This document shows positions 14,383-23,340 of a DNA stretch of 64,000 bases, piece after piece. Origin of the DNA: Gammaproteobacteria bacterium. GTDB lineage: Bacteria > Pseudomonadota > Gammaproteobacteria > Ga0077536. Location: contig CANFVX010000001.1 in NCBI GenBank assembly GCA_947450495.1, positions 16,434 through 80,433 of the forward strand, in the 5' to 3' direction. Numbering within the stretch: position 1 is the first letter of the stretch; each line of letters starts with the position of its first letter. The notes beneath the pieces were generated by a model, which saw nothing but the letters and a program-made list of their open reading frames with translations, searched no databases and had not been told where the DNA came from. The position numbers and the translations under genes were made by a program.

Positions 14383-14985
14383 TTACGGTTCTCCGTTCGG
14401 ATTCGCTGAGGCGCCCGCAGGCGCAAGAAGGGTGTACACCACTTGTCTGGTATGTCCCTGCCGCAGGCAGGTCCACTGGGGACTCGGCGACGGCGCAACA
14501 GGGGCTTCCACATATACCACGCCCGTTGCGGTAACCCATCCCCGGCTGAGTTCGGCCAGAATTTGCTCGCCCAGTTCGGCGGCGAAAGGGGGGTCTACAA
14601 AGACGACGTCGTAGGCGACCGGCTGATGCTGGCGCAACCACGTCAGTGCATCATAACGAAGGATCTCCGCGTGGTCAGCCGTGAGGAGCTGGCGGGTGCT
14701 CGTCAGGTGCTGGATGACGCCCAAATCGTTATCGAGGAAGGTGACGTCAAGCGCCCCCCGGGACAGCGCTTCAAACCCCAACACGCCCGTCCCTGCGAAA
14801 AGGTCCAGACAGCGCGCTCCGGGAAGGCGCGCGCTCAGCCAATTAAAAAGCGTTTCGCGCACCCGGTCGGCGGACGGCCTAACCGCAGCGATCGGCGGCA
14901 CCGTCAGCCTGCGCCCGCGCCACAGGCCACCGATAATCCGCACCTTGCCCGCGTCGGGCAGCTTGGGACTCGACCGGCGCTTCAT
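14383..14985 (-). CDS. rsmD: 16S rRNA (guanine966-N2)-methyltransferase
   Basis: LDLFAGTGVLGFEALSRGA SAM motif and DPPF motif; adjacent to ftsY region as in E. coli yhhF. Confidence 0.85.
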   Translation of the reverse strand: MKRRSSPKLPDAGKVRIIGGLWRGRRLTVPPIAAVRPSADRVRETLFNWLSARLPGARCLDLFAGTGVLGFEALSRGALDVTFLDNDLGVIQHLTSTRQLLTADHAEILRYDALTWLRQHQPVAYDVVFVDPPFAAELGEQILAELSRGWVTATGVVYVEAPVAPSPSPQWTCLRQGHTRQVVYTLLAPAGASANPNGEP

Positions 14986-16307
14986 GGGTGAGCTTGCGTT
15001 GCGGGCTTGGCGGGTTCTCGACCCACGGTCACCAGGGTCATCGCTTCAGGGTGCAGATGACGCTTGAGGGCGGCGCGCACCTCGGCCAGGGTGACCGCCT
15101 TTATCTTGTCGCGCCAAGTGTCGAGGTAGTCGAGCGGGAGCCCGTAGAACGCCATCATCGTGAGGTTGTCGAGAATCTTGCCGTTGCCGTCGAGGCGGAG
15201 CGGAAAATCGCCCAGCAGGTTTTGCCGTGCCTCCTCCAGCGCTTTGGGATCCGGTCCGTTATCGACGAAATTGGCGATTTCACGCCGCAGCAACGCCACT
15301 GCTTCTGCCTGTTGTTCGCCGCGGGTCTGCAGACTGGCGGTGAAGGGGCCCGGCAAGCCCAAAGGTTCGAAGTGACTGTCGACGCTGTAGGAAAGACCGC
15401 GTTTTTCGCGCACCTCGTTGAATAGCACCGACACCACGCCATTGCCGCCAAGCACGTGGTTGCCAAGGATGAGCGCAAAGTGGTCGGGATCACCGCGAGC
15501 GGTCCCTAACTCGCCAAGCAACACATGGGTTTGGGCCGAATCGAACGCAATGTGCTGCGCAGAGGCTGGTTGCGGCTGGACGACGGGCAGTGCTGGCGCC
15601 GGCGCGCCGGCGGGCAAGGCCTGACTGAGTTGTTCGGCCAGCCGCTCAATGTTGGCGCGGGAGGCATCGCCCACAAAAATCAGGAGCGCGTTGGTCGCGA
15701 CGAAATAGCGACCGTAGAACGCTTTCACCATCGGCAGCGAAATGGCTTTCACCGAGGCCAGCGTGCCGCCTTCCGGCGAACCAAAGGGATGCTGACCGTA
15801 CAGCGCCCGCATGTAGGCGTGGTCGGCTATCGCGCCCGGCGACTCCTGTTCGCTTTGCAAACCGGACACCAGCAAGCTCCTTTGGCGGGCAAACGCCTCC
15901 GCGCTAAACCGTGGCTGCCGCAGCACCGCTGCCAGCAAGGCGTAAGCGGCGTCACGGCTGGCGACCTCGCTCAAAGTGCGTAAGGACAGGGATGCCATTT
16001 CCAATCCGCTGCCGGCGCCAAAATTGGCGCCGGTGGCTTCCATCGCGGCGTGGAAATCATCGGCTTTGAGGGTTTCGGTGCCTTCATCGAGCATCGCGGC
16101 GGTGAGCGTCGCCAGACCGGGATTGTCACCATCCCGGGCGCTCCCGGCAGCAAACACAACCCGCACATCAAGCATTGGCACTTCTTGAGCAGGGACGAAG
16201 TAAACGCGCGCACCGTTCGCGGTTTGCCAGCGTTGAATGGCTGCCATGGCCAGGCTGGCCGGGGTAACCGCCAGCAAGAGTAAGAGGCAAACCAGACGGC
16301 GCATCAT
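14982..16307 (-). CDS. M16 family peptidase, non-catalytic-type subunit (no HxxEH)
   Basis: Signal peptide plus M16 fold; lacks the inverted zinc motif; translationally coupled to upstream active paralog. Confidence 0.7.
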   Translation of the reverse strand: MMRRLVCLLLLLAVTPASLAMAAIQRWQTANGARVYFVPAQEVPMLDVRVVFAAGSARDGDNPGLATLTAAMLDEGTETLKADDFHAAMEATGANFGAGSGLEMASLSLRTLSEVASRDAAYALLAAVLRQPRFSAEAFARQRSLLVSGLQSEQESPGAIADHAYMRALYGQHPFGSPEGGTLASVKAISLPMVKAFYGRYFVATNALLIFVGDASRANIERLAEQLSQALPAGAPAPALPVVQPQPASAQHIAFDSAQTHVLLGELGTARGDPDHFALILGNHVLGGNGVVSVLFNEVREKRGLSYSVDSHFEPLGLPGPFTASLQTRGEQQAEAVALLRREIANFVDNGPDPKALEEARQNLLGDFPLRLDGNGKILDNLTMMAFYGLPLDYLDTWRDKIKAVTLAEVRAALKRHLHPEAMTLVTVGREPAKPATQAHP

Positions 16308-17677
16308 GGGGCTACCCCTGCGGGCGACAACCAGGCAACGGTTGAGCGGTCGTTGACGAGATACTTCTTTGCCACCGCCTGCACCTGCGCCGGGGTCACC
16401 GCCGCGATTGCGGCGTCATAACGGTCCTTGAATTGCCAAGGGAGACCAACGACCTCCAGCGCGCCAATAGTCATCGCCTGATAGAACAGGGAATCCTGCT
16501 GGTAAATGGTCTGTGCCCGGACCTGGGTTTTCACTCGCGCCAATTCTTCAGCGGTAGGTGGCTGGTGCTGGATCTCAAGGATTTCCTTGCGCAGGGCGGC
16601 TTCCAGCTGGGCAAGCGAGACGCCTTCGCGCGGCGTGCCATCCAGGGAAAACAGGTCTTCGAGCCTGGACAGCGCCGCGTAGCTGGCAGAGGCCGACGCG
16701 GCTAGCTGCTGCCCGCGCAACAGGTGCCGCGAAAAGCGAGCGCTACTCCCGCCATCCAGCACGGCAGCAAGCACTTCGAGGGCGTGGATTTCCCATTCCT
16801 CCACCTTGGTGCCATCTGGTCCAGACCGGCCGACTTGCGTCATTACCGGCGTTTTGAACGAGATCGACAGCGAAGGGACGCGCACTTTTTCGTCCCTGAA
16901 CTGCAGACGCTTTTCGCCGCGCTGGGGAACTTCCGGGCGCGGCGCGGGCGGCTTCACGTCAAGCTTGGGCAGAGGCCCGAAATAGCGTTCGGCGAGCTGC
17001 CGCATGGCGGCCAGGTCGACATCACCGACGATCACCACCGTGGCGTTCGCAGGCGCATACCAACGCTCGTACCACGCACGCAGGTCCGGTAGCTGAAGAT
17101 TGGTGAGGTCGGCAGCCCAGCCAATGACGGGTTGCCGGTAGGGACTGGTTTGCCAGATCGCGGCAGCCGTGGCCTCGCCCGCCAGCGCCTGGGGGTTGTC
17201 GTCGGTACGCATCCGGCGTTCTTCCAGAATGACTTTGCGTTCGTTCTCGAACTCCTTGGCGTCGAGTTCCAGATTCCGCATGCGGTCGGCTTCAAGCCGA
17301 AAGCTGTATTCGATGTCGTCGGCCGACCACTGCTGGAAGTAGGTGGTGTAGTCGAGGGTCGTGAAAGCGTTTTCGCGGCCACCGTGGGCGGCGACAAGGC
17401 GGGAGAATTCACCGGTCGCGAGCGTTTTAGTGCGCTTGAACATCATGTGCTCCAGCGCATGCGATAGTCCGGTGGCGCCGTCTTGCTCGTAGCTCGCGCC
17501 AACGCGGTACCAAACCTGAAACACCGCAACGGGGGCCCGGTGATCTTCCTGCACGATCACTTTAAGCCCATTGTCGAGCGTGAATTCCTGAGTGGCCGCT
17601 GCTGCTGTGAACGACATCGCGGTCGCACACACGGCGAGAAAAAGGCCAGGCTTAGTCATCAATGTTGAAGTCCGCAA
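16304..17677 (-). CDS. M16 family zinc peptidase (pitrilysin-like), active-site subunit
   Basis: HALEHMMF inverted zinc-binding motif (HxxEH), signal peptide. Confidence 0.8.
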   Translation of the reverse strand: MRTSTLMTKPGLFLAVCATAMSFTAAAATQEFTLDNGLKVIVQEDHRAPVAVFQVWYRVGASYEQDGATGLSHALEHMMFKRTKTLATGEFSRLVAAHGGRENAFTTLDYTTYFQQWSADDIEYSFRLEADRMRNLELDAKEFENERKVILEERRMRTDDNPQALAGEATAAAIWQTSPYRQPVIGWAADLTNLQLPDLRAWYERWYAPANATVVIVGDVDLAAMRQLAERYFGPLPKLDVKPPAPRPEVPQRGEKRLQFRDEKVRVPSLSISFKTPVMTQVGRSGPDGTKVEEWEIHALEVLAAVLDGGSSARFSRHLLRGQQLAASASASYAALSRLEDLFSLDGTPREGVSLAQLEAALRKEILEIQHQPPTAEELARVKTQVRAQTIYQQDSLFYQAMTIGALEVVGLPWQFKDRYDAAIAAVTPAQVQAVAKKYLVNDRSTVAWLSPAGVAP

Positions 17678-17794
17678 TGGCCGCGGCAGGCGGCGGATTT
17701 ATCTGCTCGGTGGGTGTTAGCATACCCAACTTACTGCTGGCGCGGCGGTGCCGGCGCCTGTTTCTGGAATCTCTCTAGATAGCGTGGATTTCCC

Positions 17795-18715
17795 ATGTTC
17801 AAGCGTTTGCGCGAAGGCATAGCCCGCACGCGGGATAGCCTGCTCAATCGTCTCGGTCGGCTACTGGGTCGCCGGGAACCTATTGATGCCTCCTCGTTAG
17901 AAGCCCTCGAAAACGCGCTGCTTGAAGCCGACGTCGGGGTGCCGGTGACCAGCCAGATCATGGCTACCGTGCGGCAACAGGCTGGACGCGAAAGCCAGCC
18001 ACTCATTGATCTGCTCCGCGCGGAAATGATTCGCTCACTGTCTGCAGTCCAACAGCCACTGCAAATCCCGCCCAATCTCGGCGTGCCGTTTGTGATTCTC
18101 GTCGTCGGCGTGAACGGGGTGGGCAAGACCACCACCATCGCGAAACTAGGACGGCACCTTCAGTCCGAAGGGCATAAGGTGATGTTTGCCGCGGGCGACA
18201 CTTTTCGGGCTGCCGCCGTTGAGCAATTGAAAACCTGGGGTGAGCGGCTTGGGATTCAAGTGGTCGCACAGGGCCCGGGTGCGGACCCGGCATCGGTGAT
18301 TTTCGACGCGTACTCCGCCGCCCTTGCCCGCGGTTGTGATGTCTTACTGGCGGATACCGCCGGTCGGCTGCACACCCAGGGGGGCTTGATGAACGAGCTG
18401 GGCAAAATCAGACGGGTCCTCGCTAAGCAAAACCCCGAGGCACCGCACGAAACCTTGCTGGTGCTCGATGCCACCATGGGGCAAAACGCGCTCCAACAAG
18501 CGCGGATATTCAATGAAACGGCGCCTCTCAGCGCGGTCATTTTGACGAAGCTCGATGGCACGGCGAAGGGCGGCATCGTGTTCGCTATCGCCGATGCCTT
18601 GAAGTTGCCGCTGCGTTTTATCGGGGTTGGCGAGCAACAGGACGACCTTCAAAGTTTCTCGGCGGCCAATTTTGTCGACGCCTTGCTGGGCAGTCCGGAG
18701 GCCGACTCAGACTAG
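17795..18715 (+). CDS. ftsY: signal recognition particle receptor FtsY (short form, NG domain only, 306 aa)
   Basis: GVNGVGKTTTIAKL P-loop, DTAGR, TKLDG; N-terminal amphipathic MFKRLREGIARTRDSLLNRL membrane-targeting helix; no acidic A domain. Confidence 0.9.
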   Translation: MFKRLREGIARTRDSLLNRLGRLLGRREPIDASSLEALENALLEADVGVPVTSQIMATVRQQAGRESQPLIDLLRAEMIRSLSAVQQPLQIPPNLGVPFVILVVGVNGVGKTTTIAKLGRHLQSEGHKVMFAAGDTFRAAAVEQLKTWGERLGIQVVAQGPGADPASVIFDAYSAALARGCDVLLADTAGRLHTQGGLMNELGKIRRVLAKQNPEAPHETLLVLDATMGQNALQQARIFNETAPLSAVILTKLDGTAKGGIVFAIADALKLPLRFIGVGEQQDDLQSFSAANFVDALLGSPEADSD

Positions 18716-18811
18716 ACCCGGAAATTGTTTGACCTCCCTCACGGAACGGCGAAAGGGCTTAGCACTCTATCTAGTCGAGTGCTAAACTTTTTCCATCAAG
18801 GAGGCATAACA
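18716..18811 (+). promoter_or_regulatory. rpoH upstream region with sigma70-like TTGACC and a possible sigmaE-type GGAAC...TCTAT element
   Basis: ttgacc at 18731-18736; ggaacg about 16 nt upstream of ctctatcta; AAGGAGG RBS at 18799-18805; weak pattern match only. Confidence 0.25.
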
Positions 18812-19678
18812 ATGGCCCATGCTCTCGATTTACCGACCCCGGTAGGCTCGCTCGAAGCGTACATCGACGCTGTCGGGCGCGTGCCCTTGCTCACCGAGGA
18901 CGAAGAACGCTCTCTCGCACTCCGTTATCGTGAAGAAGACGACTTGGCTGCCGCACGCCGACTCGTGCTGTCGCACCTCCGCTTTGTGGTGAAGGTAGCG
19001 CGTGGCTATCTGGGCTACGGCTTGGCGCACAACGACCTGATTCAGGAAGGCAACATCGGATTGATGAAAGCGGTGAAGCGCTTTGACCCCGGCGTTGGCG
19101 TGCGACTCGTGTCCTTTGCCGTGCACTGGGTGCGGGCAGAAATCCATGAATTCATTCTCAAGAACTGGCGCATCGTCAAAGTGGCCACCACCAAGGCGCA
19201 GCGCAAACTGTTTTTCAACCTGCGTAGCGCCAAGAAGCGTTCCGGCTGGTTGAGTCATCAGGAAGCGGACGTTATTGCCAGTGAACTCGGGGTAGACGCC
19301 AAAACCGTGTTGTTGATGGAAGAGCGCATGAGCGCTCACGACCAGGCGTTCGACGTATCGATAGATGACGGGGAAGACGATCCCGCGCCGGTGAATTATC
19401 TGGCGGACATGCGTTTTGAACCCTCTCGCCAGTTGGAAGCGGTAGAAGAGATTCAAGACGGCACAGAACGTTTGGCGCAGGCCTTAGGCCGACTGGACGA
19501 CCGGAGTCGCGATATCGTGGCCTCGCGTTGGCTACAGGAACCCAAGCAGACCCTGCAGGATCTGGCGAGAAAATACTCGGTTTCGGCTGAGCGGGTACGG
19601 CAGATCGAGAATCAGGCCTTTGGGACCTTGCGGAAGGCGCTCGGCGGCGATTTACGGAATCTACTACTCGCCCCGTAA
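18812..19678 (+). CDS. rpoH: RNA polymerase sigma-32 factor
   Basis: RpoH box QRKLFFNLR, sigma region 2 HNDLIQEGNIGLMKAVKRFDP; ATG at 18812 after AAGGAGG. Confidence 0.9.
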   Translation: MAHALDLPTPVGSLEAYIDAVGRVPLLTEDEERSLALRYREEDDLAAARRLVLSHLRFVVKVARGYLGYGLAHNDLIQEGNIGLMKAVKRFDPGVGVRLVSFAVHWVRAEIHEFILKNWRIVKVATTKAQRKLFFNLRSAKKRSGWLSHQEADVIASELGVDAKTVLLMEERMSAHDQAFDVSIDDGEDDPAPVNYLADMRFEPSRQLEAVEEIQDGTERLAQALGRLDDRSRDIVASRWLQEPKQTLQDLARKYSVSAERVRQIENQAFGTLRKALGGDLRNLLLAP

Positions 19679-19686
19679 GCGGTTCG

Positions 19687-19716
19687 CCGTGATGAGGGGC
19701 ATCCCTCTCATCACGG
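19687..19716. terminator. imperfect hairpin between convergent rpoH and cyoE (overlaps last codons of cyoE)
   Basis: ccgtgatgaggg / ccctc(tc)atcacgg inverted repeat; no U-tract, so weak. Confidence 0.3.
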
Positions 19717-20634
19717 TGCAGGCGCGAAGAAAGCCGCGTGGGCCAACGGCCAGTAGTGGTCTACAAACAGCACCGCGAAGAGCAAGGTCAGGTAAACAAT
19801 CGAATACTTGAACGTGGCGTAGGCCAGCGCATCGCTGTCGTCAAACTGCATGCGAATCGCGTAGTACAGAAAGACCGCATTCAGCGCCATTGCCCCTGCC
19901 AGATAGATCGGCCCGCACATGTAAGTAGCGAACGGCAGCAGCGTCACGGCAATGAGCAAAATTGTATAGAGCAGCACGTGCAAGCGGGTGAATGCCGCCC
20001 CGTGGGTGTTGGGCAGCATCGGGATTTCGGCATTGGCGTAGTCGTCTCGGCGATAGACTGCCAAGGCCCAGAAATGTGGCGGCGTCCACGCGAAAATAAT
20101 CAAAAAAAGCAGCAGGGAGTGCGGATCCAAAGTGCCGGTAACGGCAGTCCAGCCGAGCACGGGCGGCGCGGCCCCGGCGGCGCCGCCAATGACGATGTTT
20201 TGTGGCGTCGCGTGCTTCAGGTACATGGTGTAGATCACCGCGTAGCCAATCAGTGAAAGAAATGTCAGGACTGCGGTCAGTACGTTAATAAACGCAACCA
20301 GCAGACACATGGAAAGAAACCCCAACGCGAGCGCAAAAATAAACGCCTGACGGGTGTTGAGTTCGCCTTGTGGCAGCGGCCGGTTTTTAGTTCGAGCCAT
20401 CAGCGCATCAATGCGGTGTTCAGCGACATGATTGATAGCCGCCGCAGAGGCAGCGGCGAGCGCGATCCCGAGATTGGCGATTAACAAACGGTCAATCGGC
20501 ACCAGCGTCGGCGACGCCATCAGCATGCCGATCAGCGCCGTGAAGACGATCAGCGCCACCACTCGCGGTTTACACAGAGCAAGGTAGTCGCGCCATGAGG
20601 GGCTGGCCGAAACATCCGCAGTGAGATTGGTCAT
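19711..20634 (-). CDS. cyoE: protoheme IX farnesyltransferase (heme O synthase)
   Basis: UbiA-fold; ALIGMLMA...NHVAEHRIDALMARTKNRPLPQG motif. Confidence 0.9.
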   Translation of the reverse strand: MTNLTADVSASPSWRDYLALCKPRVVALIVFTALIGMLMASPTLVPIDRLLIANLGIALAAASAAAINHVAEHRIDALMARTKNRPLPQGELNTRQAFIFALALGFLSMCLLVAFINVLTAVLTFLSLIGYAVIYTMYLKHATPQNIVIGGAAGAAPPVLGWTAVTGTLDPHSLLLFLIIFAWTPPHFWALAVYRRDDYANAEIPMLPNTHGAAFTRLHVLLYTILLIAVTLLPFATYMCGPIYLAGAMALNAVFLYYAIRMQFDDSDALAYATFKYSIVYLTLLFAVLFVDHYWPLAHAAFFAPAP

Positions 20635-21641
20635 CGGTTCGAATCGCTAAAATTCTGAGGCCGCGTGGAAAAATAGAGGAGTGTCACGAGGCTCCCCATG
20701 AGCAAGGCCGCGGTGCCGTTGTGCATCACTGCCACCGGCAAGGGCAAACCGCCGACGACATTGGTGACGCCGAGCGCGACCTGCAAGCATACCAAGGCGA
20801 GTATACACGACCCGATTTGGCGCCCGGCGCCGTTACCGGCGCGCAAGGCCGCGAGCGCCAAGGCGATAACAGCGCCGGCAGTCACCACCGCCCAGAGCCG
20901 ATGGACAAAGTGGATGGCCGTGCGCGCGGGCGTATCCAGTACCCCGAACTCGTAATTCACACCCAGGCCGCGCCACAGCACAAAGGCATCGTGAAAGTTC
21001 ATGTTCGGCCAAAAACTGCCCTGACAGGCGGGGAAATCGGTGCAGGCGAGCGCCGCATAATTGGTGCTGGTCCATCCTCCGAGGAAAATTTGCAGCGCCA
21101 GCACCGCTATCGTCAAAACGGTGAACAGCCACAGGCGCTGGCCTACTCTCGTCGCGCGGGGAACTCTTGCCACCCAGAAGTTCCAGCACAGGAAGGCAAA
21201 CGTCGTGATTCCGCCTAAAAGATGGGCTGTCACGATGAACGGCTTCAAGAGTAGCGTTACGGTCCACATGCCGAGCGCGCCTTGGAAACACACGAGCGGC
21301 ACCAACCAATAGGCCACCACACTGCCGGCAGAGAGCGACTTCCGGAGACACCACACGAGGCCAGCCATCACGAGAATCAGCAAGCCCAGGGTAGAGGCCA
21401 TGTAACGGTGGATCATCTCCAGCCAGGCCTTGCCCGTTTCGAGGGGGCGCGCTGCGAGATGGGCTGGATTGGCGACATCGGCGGCCGTTTTAGGGACCAG
21501 AATCTGGCCGTAGCATCCCGGCCAATCGGGGCATCCGAGGCCAGCGTCGCTCAGTCGGACGTAGGCCCCCTTGATCACCACGAGCAGAGCAAGCACCGGC
21601 AGGATGAGCGAAAGGGCACGGTAGGTCTTAAGCATCTTCAA
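20631..21641 (-). CDS. ctaA: heme A synthase (COX15/CtaA)
   Basis: 8 TM helices with conserved His residues; overlaps cyoE start. Confidence 0.8.
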   Translation of the reverse strand: MKMLKTYRALSLILPVLALLVVIKGAYVRLSDAGLGCPDWPGCYGQILVPKTAADVANPAHLAARPLETGKAWLEMIHRYMASTLGLLILVMAGLVWCLRKSLSAGSVVAYWLVPLVCFQGALGMWTVTLLLKPFIVTAHLLGGITTFAFLCWNFWVARVPRATRVGQRLWLFTVLTIAVLALQIFLGGWTSTNYAALACTDFPACQGSFWPNMNFHDAFVLWRGLGVNYEFGVLDTPARTAIHFVHRLWAVVTAGAVIALALAALRAGNGAGRQIGSCILALVCLQVALGVTNVVGGLPLPVAVMHNGTAALLMGSLVTLLYFSTRPQNFSDSNR

Positions 21642-22226
21642 TCACCGGATGGCTGAGGCGCGAAGTAAGCGCTGGAGATCTTCTTTGATGTCTGCGGGAG
21701 GTGCATCGGGCGAGAAATACATCATCATCTGGCCCCGCCAGTCGAGAAACGCGACCAGTGGCAGAGTGACTTCCGGGCCGCGATTAGCGAGGTCTTTGCC
21801 CAGAGCGGCGACGCTGAGAGGATCCGTCAGAATCCGGGGAAGCGTCGGATCTGAAAGGGACGCCTCTTTAGCCATTAATCCAAACACCGAAACTCGCGTG
21901 CCCTCGTTACCGACCAGGGTTCGGATAACCGCCAGCTCCCGAAGAACGCGCGCGCAGTCCTCGGCGCATGCGCTCGGGCCCACATAAACCACAGCCCAGG
22001 CCGCGGGCGGAAGGCCGCGCAAAGCGCCCAACGCGGGGGTATCGGGGTAGGCGCGCAGGTCGATGGGCGGGGAAAGGAGAGCGCCATGGTTGAGGCGCTT
22101 GTGACCCGCCAGACCGATGTGACCGTTAGCAAGCAACCATGCCAGCACCACTGGCGTGATAAACATCGCAAAAATAAGGATCAGCGTGGTGCGATTGCGA
22201 CGGGGTGGAGCAGATACGGATGACAT
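21642..22226 (-). CDS. hypothetical cytochrome-oxidase-cluster protein, single TM, CxxxC motif (about 195 aa)
   Basis: Start set at MSSVSAPP (ATG complement 22224-22226) because the longer track ORF would overlap SURF1; TM helix LILIFAMFITPVVLAWLL; VYVGPSACAEDC motif. Confidence 0.5.
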   Translation of the reverse strand: MSSVSAPPRRNRTTLILIFAMFITPVVLAWLLANGHIGLAGHKRLNHGALLSPPIDLRAYPDTPALGALRGLPPAAWAVVYVGPSACAEDCARVLRELAVIRTLVGNEGTRVSVFGLMAKEASLSDPTLPRILTDPLSVAALGKDLANRGPEVTLPLVAFLDWRGQMMMYFSPDAPPADIKEDLQRLLRASAIR

Positions 22227-22227
22227 G

Positions 22228-22965
22228 TCAGGAAGCCTCGCCAGAGGAAGAGTAGCGGGAGCGCCGGACCCAATAGGCCAGCAGTAGGGGAACGCACGCG
22301 GCCATTGTGAACCACTGCACAGCGTAAGCCTGATGCTTTCCATCGTCGGCGACGGGCAGAGTCCAGTGACGGTCGTAGCCAGACTCGATTCCGTCATCGA
22401 GCAGGACAATAAAGGGCTCCAGATTGACGGATAAAGCCTCGGAAAGCGCCGGGAAATCAATGGACTGCGTTCGCCAAATGCCCGAGGGACCGGGTTCGAT
22501 GAGCACGGCGTTGCTGAGGTGGATACCGGTGCTCGGTGAGGGGGCAAGCCGCCCGCTCAGAGTTGCAGCGGTCGAGGGCACAACGACGGTGGGCCAGTCG
22601 CTACGCAAGTCCGGCGCTTTCAGCCAGCCGCGATCTACCAGCACGACGCGACCGTCGACCAGCTGAAATGGGCTGAGCACTTCGTATCCGACAATGCCAT
22701 CCCGGACTCTGTTATCAAGCAACAGGGACTTTGCGACAAATTGGCCGGTAACGGTCACCGGCCGCCATAATTGCGCCGTGAGTTCTGCCGATGGAGTGGT
22801 CCCAACAGGCAATGCTGAGGCATGAGCAACGGCGGAGTACTGGCCATACAGAAAGCGCTTTTGCTGGGCGCGATCCAGTTGCCAAAACCCGAGCCGAATC
22901 AGCACCGCGACCAGAAGCACGCCTAGCGAGAAGGTCGCCCATAGGCCACCGCGTTTAAGGGACAT
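22228..22965 (-). CDS. surf1: SURF1 family cytochrome oxidase assembly protein
   Basis: N-terminal and C-terminal TM helices, GFWQLDR motif; position between coxC and ctaA. Confidence 0.85.
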   Translation of the reverse strand: MSLKRGGLWATFSLGVLLVAVLIRLGFWQLDRAQQKRFLYGQYSAVAHASALPVGTTPSAELTAQLWRPVTVTGQFVAKSLLLDNRVRDGIVGYEVLSPFQLVDGRVVLVDRGWLKAPDLRSDWPTVVVPSTAATLSGRLAPSPSTGIHLSNAVLIEPGPSGIWRTQSIDFPALSEALSVNLEPFIVLLDDGIESGYDRHWTLPVADDGKHQAYAVQWFTMAACVPLLLAYWVRRSRYSSSGEAS

Positions 22966-23044
22966 GATCGCGCTCGCTTTGCCGAGCGGGCGGCGGGCGA
23001 TTACAGTGCAAGGGTGTTTTGATTCCCAAGGTAGTTGTATTCAT

Positions 23045-23254
23045 ATGGAAGGGCACCCGTACATACGCTTTTTCGTTATCGCCATGCTGGTCACTATCAT
23101 CGTGACCTTGGGCAGCGCATTCGTGAGTTTGTTCCGCAGTAAAGGCTCAGGCACTGGCACCGTGAAGGCGCTGACGGTGCGGGTCGGTCTGTCTATTACG
23201 TTGTTTATCGTGCTTATGGTTCTTGCCGGATTGGGGATCATCAAACCCCATTAA
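23045..23254 (+). CDS. twin-transmembrane-helix small protein (DUF2909-like), 69 aa
   Basis: MEGHPYIRFFVIAMLVTIIV...two hydrophobic helices; embedded antisense in cox cluster; start at ATG 23045 is an assumption. Confidence 0.45.
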   Translation: MEGHPYIRFFVIAMLVTIIVTLGSAFVSLFRSKGSGTGTVKALTVRVGLSITLFIVLMVLAGLGIIKPH

Positions 23255-23280
23255 AAAGCGAAGGCAGTTTTAAGATAGAG

Positions 23281-23320
23281 ATAAATAAAAAAGGGCGCTC
23301 ACACGAGCGCCCTCTTGGTA
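23281..23320. terminator. bidirectional rho-independent terminator (coxC / DUF2909 gene)
   Basis: A-tract ataaataaaaaa, stem agggcgctc-acac-gagcgccct, then T-rich tail. Confidence 0.7.
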
Positions 23321-23340
23321 TGGCCGGTCAGAATCTGGGC

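Noticed and set aside
22227-22547. Long 301-aa form of the cox-cluster hypothetical (track ORF 21642-22547)
   Set aside because: Would overlap about 320 nt of the SURF1 coding region on the same strand; internal ATG at 22226 gives the classic stop/start coupling (tgacatg) and a TM-first protein
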